DNA from: an uncultured beta proteobacterium | Lineage (GTDB): Bacteria > Pseudomonadota > Gammaproteobacteria > Burkholderiales > Burkholderiaceae | Reading direction: 5' to 3' | Length of the DNA: 64,000 nt | NCBI GenBank assembly: GCA_903935355.1 | Contig: CAIZRK010000032.1 | Location: 40,661 to 104,660, forward strand | Shown: piece after piece, positions 18,537 to 29,755 of the stretch | Position numbering within the stretch: position 1 is the stretch's first letter | Layout: the number at the start of each line of letters is the position of its first letter | Translations under genes and position numbers: made by a program | The notes under the pieces: generated by a model | The model's database searches: none | Seen by the model: the letters and a program-made list of their open reading frames with translations, nothing else | Told to the model about the DNA's origin: nothing

Positions 18537-19267
18537 ATAGATTGATCCTCGGCACCAAAAAAAGCACGTATTTCTGGATCAGAATGCTTGCTTAAGTTGT
18601 CAATACGATCATTGGCACTAATAACGCCTTGATCTAGAAACATCACCGTATCTGCAATGTTTCTGGCTAGATGAAGATCGTGAGTTACACACATCATGGT
18701 GATGCCCTCACTATGTAGGCGATTAATCAAATCAGCTACATCCCGAGACATAACTGGGTCTAGTGCTGAAGTAGGCTCATCTAAAACTAAGACAGCCGGA
18801 TTCATGGCTAAAGCACGAGCAATGGCCACTCGCTGTTTTTGACCACCTGAGAGTTGTGAGGGGTACTTATCATGATGCGCAGTCATATCAAAATGAGACA
18901 ACTCAAATAAGGCTTTTTCTTTTGCCTCCGATTTGCTCATATGATGCAATTTACGTAGGCCTAGGGTGACATTATCTAAAACATTTAAATGGCTATACAA
19001 AGCAAATTGCTGAAATACAAAACCAATTTGTTTGCGTAGCTCTCTCACATCTACGCTAGGACCTAATACCTCTTTATCTCTGAATAGAATAGAGCCTGAA
19101 GTGGGTTCAATTAAACGATTTAAGCACCTCAGTAAAGTAGATTTGCCTGAGCCTGATACACCCATTAATACCTGCACATCACCTTCTTTAATGTCAAGAT
19201 TAATATTCGATAGCACGGTCTGACTATCAAACTCTTTTACGAGATTGCGTACTTGAATTAAAGGCAT
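18533..19267 (-). CDS. amino-acid ABC transporter ATP-binding protein
   Basis: Has Walker A GVSGSGKST, the ABC signature LSGGQKQRVAIARAL and Walker B LVLDEPTSALD. Confidence 0.93.
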   Translation of the reverse strand: MPLIQVRNLVKEFDSQTVLSNINLDIKEGDVQVLMGVSGSGKSTLLRCLNRLIEPTSGSILFRDKEVLGPSVDVRELRKQIGFVFQQFALYSHLNVLDNVTLGLRKLHHMSKSEAKEKALFELSHFDMTAHHDKYPSQLSGGQKQRVAIARALAMNPAVLVLDEPTSALDPVMSRDVADLINRLHSEGITMMCVTHDLHLARNIADTVMFLDQGVISANDRIDNLSKHSDPEIRAFFGAEDQSI

Positions 19268-19301
19268 GGGTATACCCCTTTAGAAAAGCAATCATAAAGA
19301 A

Positions 19302-19955
19302 TCATGCTGCACTCATTTCTGGAATGTGGAAGCGTTTACCAAAGCTCTGCACAGCCCACAGACAAATGCGGTAGATCGTAAAGTACAGAATACCCACCGC
19401 TAAATACACCTCTATACCACGCAAAGTAGTTGAAGTTAAAGTCATTGCCTGTTTAGTAATCTCTGGAATACCTACAGTGTATGCAAATGGGGAATATTTG
19501 AGGACAGAAGTAAATTCGTTGACCATACCAGGCACTGAAAATCGGAGCATCTGAGGGAGCTCAATGTACATTAACACCTGAATGCGTGTCAGCCCCATGG
19601 CTTGCGCAGCTAAAATCTCTGCGGGATCAACTGAGTTAAATGCCCCCCGAAATACCTCTGCAAGATAGGCGGAAGCTACTAACCCCAAACTTAAAGCCAT
19701 TGCCATCAAAGGCGGTACTTTAAAGCCAATACTAGGCAAACCAAAATAGACTATAAAGAGAAGAACTAAAACAGGCACACCTCGAAATACATAGGTATAG
19801 CAATCAATTAGTGGAGTTAGTCCAAGCATATTAAGACGGCGCACACTAGAAATGAGTAAGCCAACTACTAGTCCAGTTAAAGAACAGACTACCGTCACTA
19901 GGACGGTATAGACAATTCCGTGCGCTAATTGCGCAAGGATATCAAAGAAAGTCAC
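19302..19955 (-). CDS. amino-acid ABC transporter permease
   Basis: 217-aa polytopic membrane ORF, paralogous in type to 17871-18536. Confidence 0.86.
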   Translation of the reverse strand: MTFFDILAQLAHGIVYTVLVTVVCSLTGLVVGLLISSVRRLNMLGLTPLIDCYTYVFRGVPVLVLLFIVYFGLPSIGFKVPPLMAMALSLGLVASAYLAEVFRGAFNSVDPAEILAAQAMGLTRIQVLMYIELPQMLRFSVPGMVNEFTSVLKYSPFAYTVGIPEITKQAMTLTSTTLRGIEVYLAVGILYFTIYRICLWAVQSFGKRFHIPEMSAA

Positions 19956-19988
19956 GAACTGGACTTATCTTTATTTTGCACCACTTCC

Positions 19989-20756
<768 letters not shown>

Positions 20757-20816
20757 TTAAATGGGTAGAGCCTATGTAGGCGTAAAACAAGTATAGGGGA
20801 TTTAGGGCTTAAACGA

Positions 20817-21335
20817 TTACTGTAGAGTATTTTTGAGGGCTGGCGTCATAGGCATAGCCAAGACCTCAATTCCTTCATCACGTAGCGCCTCCACCTCATC
20901 AAGTGTAGTTTGGCCACGGATACTCCGTTCAGGGGTTTCTTTATAGTGAATTTTCCTAGCCTCTTGTGCAAAAGAGTTGCCTACATCTTCAGATCGAGTC
21001 ATGAGTTCACGCATTCCCTTTAAAAATGCCGCTTGCACTTGCGACTCCAAATGAGCGTGGTCGTTACCCGTTAGGGCTACAACATCACCACTGATATTAG
21101 CGTTTACATTGCTACTTGGGGTCTTGGTAACGGTTAATTCAGCAGAAGAGGCAAGGTCTTTGCTAGACCCCGATTTTGCAATATGAGGTGCCGAAGGCAT
21201 TCTCATAATTGCAGTATTCTCACAAATGGGACAGGCTAGCATTCCCTTATCCTGCTGAGCAAGGAAATCCTCTTCAGAGGCAAACCATCCCTCAAAGCGA
21301 TGATCCAAAGGACAGGCAAGGTTGTAGACTTTCAT
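20817..21335 (-). CDS. DUF1178 family protein
   Basis: The N-terminus MKVYNLACPLDHRFEGWFASEEDF...ACPIC is the pattern I associate with DUF1178. It lies downstream of the nuo/NUDIX genes, as in other Burkholderiales. Confidence 0.7.
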   Translation of the reverse strand: MKVYNLACPLDHRFEGWFASEEDFLAQQDKGMLACPICENTAIMRMPSAPHIAKSGSSKDLASSAELTVTKTPSSNVNANISGDVVALTGNDHAHLESQVQAAFLKGMRELMTRSEDVGNSFAQEARKIHYKETPERSIRGQTTLDEVEALRDEGIEVLAMPMTPALKNTLQ

Positions 21336-21400
21336 AAGACCTATATAGTGGCAAAAATAACAAATTCAATAGTCTTATTTTAATAGGTTTCATAGGAAGG

Positions 21401-22000
21401 CTAGGTAATCGGGTGTGGCTGTACTAATCCCCGGCGATAACGATCTAGCCAGTAAGCTGAAATAGTAGTTTTCACATCCGTAATCTCACCCTGCTCTACC
21501 CACTCAATCAACTCGTCTGCTGTTGCTGCAAATACATCTAAGAACTCTTCTTCATCCAAATGGCTTTTGCCGGATAACAAATCCTCAGCTAAATAGATAT
21601 CAATAAATTCTGTCGAATAAGAAATCACTGGATGAATTCGGCGAATAAAGCTCCATTTATTAGCTGTATAGCCCGTTTCTTCTTTAAGTTCACGCTTGGC
21701 ACATAAGAGAGGATCTTCATCTAGCTCTAGTTTACCTGCTGGAATTTCAATGCAAGTTTTAGCGATGGGGTAGCGATACTGGCGCTCTAATAGAACCCTG
21801 CCATCCTCTAAAATAGCCAATATGGCCACTGCACCAGGATGCGTTAAATACTCACGAATTGCTTGATTTCCGTCTGGAAGACTCACTTGGTCGCGTTTCA
21901 TATTCAAGAAGATGCCACCGTAAATATCTTCACTAGATATTCGATCCTCCCGAAGATGTTGATCTCCGATAGGAAGGTCTTCATAGGATTTTTCAGTCAT
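21401..22000 (-). CDS. NUDIX hydrolase (ADP-ribose pyrophosphatase-like)
   Basis: Nudix box GKLELDEDPLLCAKRELKEETGY in a 199-aa ORF. Confidence 0.86.
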   Translation of the reverse strand: MTEKSYEDLPIGDQHLREDRISSEDIYGGIFLNMKRDQVSLPDGNQAIREYLTHPGAVAILAILEDGRVLLERQYRYPIAKTCIEIPAGKLELDEDPLLCAKRELKEETGYTANKWSFIRRIHPVISYSTEFIDIYLAEDLLSGKSHLDEEEFLDVFAATADELIEWVEQGEITDVKTTISAYWLDRYRRGLVQPHPIT

Positions 22001-22070
22001 CTGAGGTCACTCAATATAGGAGTTAGTGAAAGTAATCTACTTATCATACAAAATTGGTGTGACTCTATAG

Positions 22071-22096
22071 AAATAGGCCCCCGCAGGGGCCTATTT
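22071..22096 (-). terminator. intrinsic terminator after nuoN
   Basis: Perfect 11-bp stem aaataggcccc / ggggcctattt with a 4-nt loop (cgca), 37 nt downstream of the nuoN stop. The U-tract is short (TTT). Confidence 0.7.
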
Positions 22097-22132
22097 CAGT
22101 ACATCATTATCTCATTAGCTAATCTTAATTTA

Positions 22133-23635
22133 CTACCCCAATAAAGTGCGGCGCATGGTGTCAAGACAGATGCTCATTAATCCGGCAGGAAAAATACCGA
22201 GAGCTAAAACTAGGACTGCATTAAGACTTAGAATTCCTTTGGCAACACTTGAGCCACTAGCTTGCAATTCATGTCCTGCATTTGGCTCATCAAAGTACAT
22301 GACTTTAACGACCCTTAAGTAGTAGAAAGCACCAATTAATGATGCGATGACCGCAATGATCGCAATAAAGGTATGTTCAGCATCGACCAAGGCTTCTAAT
22401 ACGCCCAACTTAGCTGCAAAGCCTACTGTTGGGGGTACACCTGCTAAAGAGAACATCATTACCAATCCAATAAAAGCAAACCAGGGATGTGTTTTATTTA
22501 AGCCCTTTAGATCATCAATGGATTCGCAGTCATGACCCTTACGGGATAACATCATGAGTAGTCCGAAACTGCCTAATGTAGTCAATACATAAGTTATTAC
22601 GTAGAACATGGCTGCACTAAATGCATGATCATCAAATACAGATAGCATGCCTAACAACACAAATCCCATTTGGGCAATAGCTGAATAAGCTAACATTCTC
22701 TTGAGATTGGTTTGCGCAATCGCGGTAATATTACCTACCAATAATGATAAGACTGCCAATAAGATTAGCATTGGCTGCCAGTCGCCCAATAGTGGCAATA
22801 AGGTATTAACTAAGAGTCGAAAGAGCAAGGCAAAGGCAGCTATCTTAGGAGCTGCGGCTATCATCATAGTGACTGCAGTGGGCGCACCCTGATACACATC
22901 AGGCACCCACATATGAAATGGCACAACGCCTAATTTAAATGCAAGACCGGACACAATAAATACCAAACCAAATGCCATAACTAAATGATTCACCCGTGGA
23001 TCGGCAACAGTTCTGAAGATTTCCAATAAATCTAATGAGCCAGTTACACCGTAAAGCATAGACATGCCGTAGAGTAAAAAGCCTGAAGCCAATGCGCCTA
23101 GAACAAAATACTTAATTGCTGCTTCAACGCTCCTCTCGTTGTTATGGCGCATAGCAACTAGAGCATAGGTTGGCAATGCCATCAATTCAAGGCCTAAATA
23201 CAAGGTCAATAAATTGGCACCAGAGATGAGTACCATTTGACCTAATAAAGCGAGTAAAACCAAAACAATAAAATCAGGTCGGAACATCGCACGATCAGTT
23301 AAATACTGCTTGGAATAGATTAAGCTCACCAATACCGCGCCACAGGAGCAGGCTTTAAGTAGATTAGAAAACGGATCAGACTGAAATAATCCATTGAGCG
23401 CCACGATGGATACATCTCCCATGCGAGCCACAAAGGCAATAATCAAATACGCCAATAAAATAATTGAGAAGAAATAAACAAAACCAACACCGCGAGGAGT
23501 GTGAAAAATGTCCTGCTCTACCCCAGGTATAGAAACCGGACGTTCAGGGACATAAACACTGGCCACCAGTAACAAACAGGTGACGGTCAGTAAAACGAGT
23601 TCTGGCAGTATGGCGAATAGGTCGAATGCTTGCAT
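22133..23635 (-). CDS. nuoN: NADH-quinone oxidoreductase subunit N
   Basis: 500-aa polytopic antiporter-like ORF. It is the last gene of the nuoA-N array. Confidence 0.93.
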   Translation of the reverse strand: MQAFDLFAILPELVLLTVTCLLLVASVYVPERPVSIPGVEQDIFHTPRGVGFVYFFSIILLAYLIIAFVARMGDVSIVALNGLFQSDPFSNLLKACSCGAVLVSLIYSKQYLTDRAMFRPDFIVLVLLALLGQMVLISGANLLTLYLGLELMALPTYALVAMRHNNERSVEAAIKYFVLGALASGFLLYGMSMLYGVTGSLDLLEIFRTVADPRVNHLVMAFGLVFIVSGLAFKLGVVPFHMWVPDVYQGAPTAVTMMIAAAPKIAAFALLFRLLVNTLLPLLGDWQPMLILLAVLSLLVGNITAIAQTNLKRMLAYSAIAQMGFVLLGMLSVFDDHAFSAAMFYVITYVLTTLGSFGLLMMLSRKGHDCESIDDLKGLNKTHPWFAFIGLVMMFSLAGVPPTVGFAAKLGVLEALVDAEHTFIAIIAVIASLIGAFYYLRVVKVMYFDEPNAGHELQASGSSVAKGILSLNAVLVLALGIFPAGLMSICLDTMRRTLLG

Positions 23636-23645
23636 TAGCTTTTAC

Positions 23646-25112
23646 TCAGAGTTTGCTGACAGCGACGTGCTGCAACAGATTAATTACAGCAGGATGAATA
23701 ATATCGGTAAAGGGTTTTGGATAAACGCCCATGCCAATTACGCAGATGGACAATACTGCCATCATGAAAAACTCTCTACCATTGAGGTCTTTTAATTCTT
23801 CTACGTGCTGATTGCTTATGGCGCCAAAAAATACCCGCTTGACCATCCATAGAGAATATGCAGCACCCAAAATTAAGGCGGTTGCAGCTAGCACTCCGAT
23901 GAAGAAATCATAATCAACTGCAGCCAAAATCACCATGAACTCGCCTACAAATCCAGAGGTAGCCGGTAAACCACAATTGGCCATAGCCATCAATACCGCA
24001 AACACAGTAAACGCAGGCATACGGTGTACTACACCTCCGTAATCGGCAATTTGACGAGTATGCATGCGGTCGTACAACACACCGATTGAGAGGAACATGG
24101 CGCCAGCAACAAAGCCATGCGAAATCATCTGCACGATGCCGCCCTCAATTCCTAAGGGGCTAAAGATAAAGAAGCCCAAAGTGACAAAACCCATATGCGC
24201 TACCGATGAATAGGCCACTAGCTTCTTCATATCCTTTTGAACTAATGCAACTGCACCCACATAGATGACTGCAACCAAGGATAAGAAGATCACAAATGGG
24301 CCAAGATATTGGCTTGCATCTGGGGCAATCGGCAATGAAAAACGCAAGAAACCATATGCTCCAAGTTTGAGCATGATGGCCGCTAAGACTACGGATCCAC
24401 CAGTTGGCGCCTCCACGTGTACATCAGGCAACCAAGTATGTAATGGCCACATTGGCACTTTAACTGCAAAAGCCATGAAGAAGGCAAAGAACAGGAGGAT
24501 TTGCTCAACAATATCTAAACGGGCGTTATGCCAAGCCAAAATGTCAAAGGTATTGGTTACGTTATAAAGGTAAAGCATGGCAACCAAGGTTAATAAGGAG
24601 CCTAGCAAGGTATATAAGAAAAACTTAAAAGCAGCATAGATACGGTTATGACCACCCCATACACCAATAATGATGTACATCGGAATCAATGTCGCCTCAA
24701 AGAAGACATAGAACAGCAATGCATCTAGCGCCGCAAATACGCCAATCATTAATCCTGAGAGGATCATGAAAGAAGCCATGTACTGAGAAACTTTGACAGT
24801 AATCGATTCCCATGAAGCCACTACTACAAATATATTAACAAATGCAGTTAATACAACGAACCAAACAGAAATGCCGTCAATGCCTAAATAGTAATTAATG
24901 TCGTAACGAGGAATCCAGCTAACCTTCTCTACAAACTGCATACCAGGATTAGCAATGTCAAACTGGATGACTAATGGCAAAGTTGCTAGAAAACCCAGAA
25001 CAGCGCCGACGAGTGCTAACCAACGAACGCCAGCAGTAGGCTTCTCAGACCCATAAAACAAGATGATGAGTCCAAAGAAAATCGGGATCCAGATGGCAAA
25101 TGAAAGAATCAT
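23646..25112 (-). CDS. nuoM: NADH-quinone oxidoreductase subunit M
   Basis: 488-aa antiporter-like subunit (VPMWPLHTWLPDVHVEAPT) in the expected position in the operon. Confidence 0.94.
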   Translation of the reverse strand: MILSFAIWIPIFFGLIILFYGSEKPTAGVRWLALVGAVLGFLATLPLVIQFDIANPGMQFVEKVSWIPRYDINYYLGIDGISVWFVVLTAFVNIFVVVASWESITVKVSQYMASFMILSGLMIGVFAALDALLFYVFFEATLIPMYIIIGVWGGHNRIYAAFKFFLYTLLGSLLTLVAMLYLYNVTNTFDILAWHNARLDIVEQILLFFAFFMAFAVKVPMWPLHTWLPDVHVEAPTGGSVVLAAIMLKLGAYGFLRFSLPIAPDASQYLGPFVIFLSLVAVIYVGAVALVQKDMKKLVAYSSVAHMGFVTLGFFIFSPLGIEGGIVQMISHGFVAGAMFLSIGVLYDRMHTRQIADYGGVVHRMPAFTVFAVLMAMANCGLPATSGFVGEFMVILAAVDYDFFIGVLAATALILGAAYSLWMVKRVFFGAISNQHVEELKDLNGREFFMMAVLSICVIGMGVYPKPFTDIIHPAVINLLQHVAVSKL

Positions 25113-25136
25113 AATGGCTACTTAAGTAACAAAGGA

Positions 25137-27194
25137 CTAGCGAACAAAAGGCAGGTAAGCATATAAAACCCAAGCCAGCAATACCGCCAAGCCTGCAATC
25201 ATTGCGAAGGCGTAGTGATAGAGATAACCGGATTGCAAATGACGGATCACGCCAGCAAAGCGCCCTACTGCATGCGCACTGCCATTGACAATAAAACCAT
25301 CGATGATTTTTTGATCGCCGCGATGCCATAAGACACCGCCGATCCACAGTAAACCCTTAGCAAAAACAGCTTGATTTAAGTCATCCAAATAGTATTTGTT
25401 ATCCAATAACTTCTTAATGGGTGCAAGGGCTTGCGCAACTAAACCTGGCAATTTTGGTGCCCAGAGATAGCCGACGGCAGCAGTCAAGACGCCCAAAATA
25501 ACTAAAAGTAATACGGGTGATGTGAATGAATGTATTGCCATGGCTACTGGACCATGGAATTCTTCTGCGAGCTCTTTCATGGCTGGGTGCTTACCGATAT
25601 CTACAAAGATAGAATCGCCAAAAAAGGTACCAAACAATAGAGGTGTTATGGTGTAAAAACCAATAATCACAGAGGGGATTGCCAATAGAATCAATGGCAG
25701 CGTTACAACAAATGGAGATTCATGGGGCTTTTGACCAGGGGCTAAGCCATGGTGAGCATGATCATCGCCATGCTCTGCATGCTCATGATGATCGTGGCTA
25801 TGTGAATCTGCATGACCCCAACGGGCTTTGCCATGAAACACGTAGAAATACAGACGGAATGAATATAAAGCAGTTACAAAGACGCTAGCCATCACAGCAA
25901 AGTAGGCAAAGCCTGAGCCTGGAATATGGCTAGCGGCAACTGCCTCAATAATGGAATCTTTGGAGTAAAAGCCAGAGAAAAAGGGTGTGCCAATTAATGC
26001 AAGACTACCTAGCAACATCATTAAGCAGGTAATAGGCATATACTTCCAGAGGCCGCCCATCTTGCGCATATCCTGCTCATGATGCATGCCTAAAATTACA
26101 CTGCCAGCCGCAAGGAATAACAATGCTTTGAAGAAGGCATGTGTCATTAAGTGAAAGATGGCCACTGGGTAAGCTGATACCCCTAAAGCGACCGTCATAT
26201 AGCCCAACTGTGAAAGTGTTGAATAGGCCACCACCCGCTTGATATCGTTTTGAACGATTCCTAAAAAACCCATAAAAAGCGCCGTAATTGAGCCAACCAC
26301 CAAGATAAAGCTCAAGGCAGCATCTGACAACTCAAATAAGGGTGACATCCGAGCCACCATAAAAATACCAGCTGTGACCATCGTTGCCGCATGAATCAAT
26401 GCCGAAATGGGAGTTGGGCCTTCCATTGAATCTGGTAACCAGACATGCAACGGGAACTGAGCTGATTTACCCATGGCGCCAATAAAGAGGCAAATACAAG
26501 CAACTGTTAACAGATTCCAATTGGTACCTGGTAAAGTTTGCGCAGCCAATGCACTGTTCTGCGAAAATATTACGTCATATTGCATTGAACCAGTACTTGC
26601 TAGCAATAATCCAATGCCAAGAATAAAACCAAAGTCACCAACACGGTTAACCAAGAAAGCCTTCATATTGGCAAAGACAGCAGTCTGACGCTCAAAATAA
26701 AAACCAATTAATAAGTAAGAAACTACCCCTACCGCTTCCCAACCAAAGAAGAGTTGCAAGAGGTTATTGCTCATCACCAACATCAACATCGCAAAAGTAA
26801 AGAGTGAGATGTAAGAGAAGAATCGGTTGTAACCCTCTTCACCCTTCATGTAACCGATCGTGTAAATATGAACCATCAAAGAAACAAAGGTCACCACACA
26901 CATCATGATGGCAGTTAATGGGTCAATTAAGAAACCAATATCTAAATTAAGCTCGCCCAATTGCATCCAGCGATAGACCGTGCCATTGAAATAAAAGCCA
27001 TCCATCACTTGCACCAATACAAAGCAAGATAAAACAAAGGCAATCGTCACGCCAAGAATAGTGACAAATTGGCAGGCGCCATGTCCAATCCGATTACCGC
27101 CTAATTTGGTACCGAATAATCCAGCAATCACTGAGCCAAATAATGGCGCCAGTGGAATAGCACAAAGAATAGGAAGAGTTAAGGTAAATTGCAT
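25137..27194 (-). CDS. nuoL: NADH-quinone oxidoreductase subunit L
   Basis: 685-aa antiporter-like subunit (GKSAQFPLHVWLPDSMEGPTPISALIHAATMV) with a long C-terminal extension. It contains a His-rich loop (see findings). Confidence 0.94.
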   Translation of the reverse strand: MQFTLTLPILCAIPLAPLFGSVIAGLFGTKLGGNRIGHGACQFVTILGVTIAFVLSCFVLVQVMDGFYFNGTVYRWMQLGELNLDIGFLIDPLTAIMMCVVTFVSLMVHIYTIGYMKGEEGYNRFFSYISLFTFAMLMLVMSNNLLQLFFGWEAVGVVSYLLIGFYFERQTAVFANMKAFLVNRVGDFGFILGIGLLLASTGSMQYDVIFSQNSALAAQTLPGTNWNLLTVACICLFIGAMGKSAQFPLHVWLPDSMEGPTPISALIHAATMVTAGIFMVARMSPLFELSDAALSFILVVGSITALFMGFLGIVQNDIKRVVAYSTLSQLGYMTVALGVSAYPVAIFHLMTHAFFKALLFLAAGSVILGMHHEQDMRKMGGLWKYMPITCLMMLLGSLALIGTPFFSGFYSKDSIIEAVAASHIPGSGFAYFAVMASVFVTALYSFRLYFYVFHGKARWGHADSHSHDHHEHAEHGDDHAHHGLAPGQKPHESPFVVTLPLILLAIPSVIIGFYTITPLLFGTFFGDSIFVDIGKHPAMKELAEEFHGPVAMAIHSFTSPVLLLVILGVLTAAVGYLWAPKLPGLVAQALAPIKKLLDNKYYLDDLNQAVFAKGLLWIGGVLWHRGDQKIIDGFIVNGSAHAVGRFAGVIRHLQSGYLYHYAFAMIAGLAVLLAWVLYAYLPFVR

Positions 27195-27196
27195 GA

Positions 27197-27505
27197 CTAG
27201 CCCTTAAGGTGGTCAAGGTCTTCAGCATTAATGGTGTCCACCTTACGGAAGAGCACAACCAAAATTGCCAGGCCAATAGCAGCTTCAGCAGCAGCCACAG
27301 TCAAAATGAAGAAAACAAATACTTGTCCAGCCATATCACCCAAATAATGAGAGAAGGCAATAAAGTTCATGTTCACAGAGAGGAGCATCAATTCAATCGC
27401 CATTAAAAGGACGATCACGTTCTTGCGATTTAAAAAAATACCGACCACACTAGTGGCAAACAAAATGGCACCAAGCACCAAGTAGTGAGCTAGGGTAATG
27501 TTCAT
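27197..27505 (-). CDS. nuoK: NADH-quinone oxidoreductase subunit K
   Basis: 102-aa three-TM ORF in the expected operon position. It overlaps the nuoJ stop by 4 nt. Confidence 0.93.
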   Translation of the reverse strand: MNITLAHYLVLGAILFATSVVGIFLNRKNVIVLLMAIELMLLSVNMNFIAFSHYLGDMAGQVFVFFILTVAAAEAAIGLAILVVLFRKVDTINAEDLDHLKG

Positions 27506-28149
27506 TTCTTCTCCGCTCTAGCGTCTTGTTTTGCGGCCATATCTGAATCCATTTGCACAATACGCATGCGATCTACAGGATTAACATTCACCTGCTCAGC
27601 AATATTTTGTGATTTGGAGTCTTTGCGATTCCGGAGTGTTAAAGCAACAGCCGCAATAATTGCTACCAGCAGAATTACACCAGCAACTTCAAATGCATAA
27701 ACGTAGTCAACAAAAATTAGCATGCCTAAAGCGTGAGTATTGCTAGATGACATCTCTTCGAGCATTGGCTGTACAGGGGTAGCTGTGCCAATGAAACTTC
27801 GGATCAATACTATTGATAACTCCAAAACAATCACGGCACCCATTAAAAAGGATAGTGGTAGAAATTTCCTATAGTCACGACGCAGATGCTCAATATCTAA
27901 ATCCAACATCATCACCACAAAAAGAAATAGCACCATTACTGCGCCGACATAAACCAAGATCAAGGCCAAACTGAGGAATTCAGCCTTTAGAAGCATCCAA
28001 AGGCCTGAAGCACAGAAAAATGCCAGCACTAAGAACAAGGCGGCGTGCACTGGGTTACGGGCAGTAACCACCCGCAATGCAGAGATCACTAATAAACCGG
28101 CAAAGGCATAAAAGAAAACTGCGAAAAGAGTAGATGTATCGAATGTCAT
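27502..28149 (-). CDS. nuoJ: NADH-quinone oxidoreductase subunit J
   Basis: 215-aa membrane ORF in the expected operon position. Confidence 0.92.
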   Translation of the reverse strand: MTFDTSTLFAVFFYAFAGLLVISALRVVTARNPVHAALFLVLAFFCASGLWMLLKAEFLSLALILVYVGAVMVLFLFVVMMLDLDIEHLRRDYRKFLPLSFLMGAVIVLELSIVLIRSFIGTATPVQPMLEEMSSSNTHALGMLIFVDYVYAFEVAGVILLVAIIAAVALTLRNRKDSKSQNIAEQVNVNPVDRMRIVQMDSDMAAKQDARAEKK

Positions 28150-28170
28150 ATGGATTAGCGTTCTATTCGA

Positions 28171-28662
28171 TTAACGATAAGGTGCATCAACTGCACGGTT
28201 AGCGGCAATATCTTTTTCATATTTATCACCTACAGCTAAGAGCATCTCTTTAGTGAAGTATAAATCGCCACGTTTATCACCAAAGTACTCAAAAATATTA
28301 GTCTCAACAATTGCATCCACAGGGCAAGCCTCTTCGCAGAATCCACAAAAAATACACTTAGTTAAATCAATGTCATAGCGACTAGTGCGGCGTGTGCCAT
28401 CATCTCGTTCTGCAGTCTCAATAGTGATGGCATACGCTGGACAAACTGCTTCACATAGTTTGCAACCGATGCAACGCTCTTCGCCATTTTCATAACGGCG
28501 CAAAGCATGCAACCCTCGGAAACGGGGTGACTGAGGCGTTTTTTCTTCAGGATACTGAATAGTGATTTTGGGCTTAAAAAGATAACGCCCGGTAATGGAC
28601 ATACCAACCAAAATGTCTTTAAGCATCAAGCTATCGAGGAATTGGGAAATTTTCTTAAACAT
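28171..28662 (-). CDS. nuoI: NADH-quinone oxidoreductase subunit I
   Basis: Two 4Fe-4S ferredoxin motifs, [12 protein letters not shown] and [12 protein letters not shown], in 163 aa. Confidence 0.95.
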   Translation of the reverse strand: MFKKISQFLDSLMLKDILVGMSITGRYLFKPKITIQYPEEKTPQSPRFRGLHALRRYENGEERCIGCKLCEAVCPAYAITIETAERDDGTRRTSRYDIDLTKCIFCGFCEEACPVDAIVETNIFEYFGDKRGDLYFTKEMLLAVGDKYEKDIAANRAVDAPYR

Positions 28663-28673
28663 GATGGCTCAAC

Positions 28674-29747
28674 TCATTTCCAAATATTCCATGGGGATAC
28701 CACCCATGCGCCGACAACCACCACCCAAAAAACACAGATGGGAATAAAGATCTTCCAACCTAAACGCATGATCTGGTCATAGCGATAGCGCGGCAATGTA
28801 GCGCGCAACCAAATTACACAGGATAAAAGAAAGAATGTTTTACCAAATAACCAGAAAAAGCCAGGGATATCACGCAAGATCGGTAAATCAACAATTGGCA
28901 ACCAACCGCCCAAGAACATGGTGGATGCCAATGCAGCAATCATGATCATATTGGCGTATTCTGCCAAGAAGAACATCGCAAATGCCATGCCAGAGTATTC
29001 AACCATATGGCCTGCAACAATCTCTGACTCACCCTCTACTACGTCAAATGGATGACGATTAGTTTCAGCAACGCCAGAGATGAAATAAATCAGAAACATC
29101 GGCAGTAAAGGCAACCAGTTCCAGGAGAGGAAGTTTAAACCAATGCTGGCAAAGTAGCCCTGCTCTTGCGAGGCTACGATTGAACTAAGATTTAATGAGC
29201 CAGAAGTTAGTAAAACAGTAACGAGAGCAAAGCCCATCGCAATCTCATAAGAAATCATTTGGGCTGAAGCACGCATTGCACCAAGGAAGGGGTATTTAGA
29301 ATTAGACGACCAACCGGCTAATATGACCCCATAAACGCCAACTGATGAAATCGCCATCACATAAAGTAGTCCAGCATTAACATCAGCTAAGACCATTTTG
29401 GCTTGGAATGGAATCACCGCCCAAGCAGCAAAAGCTGGCATGATCACCATCACTGGCGCAATGAAATACAACACTATGCTCGCTTTTGCCGGAGAAATTA
29501 CTTCCTTCAATAAGAGCTTTAGAGCATCAGCAATCGGCTGTAAAAGACCTAATGGGCCTACTCGGTTCGGTCCAAGACGAATATGCATCCAACCAATAAG
29601 TTTTCTTTCCCAAAGGGTCAGATAGGCAACAGCGCCAAACATAGGCAACACAATAATAACGATTCGCACTAAAGCCCAAACGAGTGGCCATAAAGACCCA
29701 AAAATGGCTTCGCCTTGAGTCGTTATGAGGTTCAAGAAATTATCCAT
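28674..29747 (-). CDS. nuoH: NADH-quinone oxidoreductase subunit H
   Basis: 357-aa polytopic ORF with the NuoH/ND1 blocks ([29 protein letters not shown]). Confidence 0.94.
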   Translation of the reverse strand: MDNFLNLITTQGEAIFGSLWPLVWALVRIVIIVLPMFGAVAYLTLWERKLIGWMHIRLGPNRVGPLGLLQPIADALKLLLKEVISPAKASIVLYFIAPVMVIMPAFAAWAVIPFQAKMVLADVNAGLLYVMAISSVGVYGVILAGWSSNSKYPFLGAMRASAQMISYEIAMGFALVTVLLTSGSLNLSSIVASQEQGYFASIGLNFLSWNWLPLLPMFLIYFISGVAETNRHPFDVVEGESEIVAGHMVEYSGMAFAMFFLAEYANMIMIAALASTMFLGGWLPIVDLPILRDIPGFFWLFGKTFFLLSCVIWLRATLPRYRYDQIMRLGWKIFIPICVFWVVVVGAWVVSPWNIWK

Positions 29748-29755
29748 CTCGTCCC

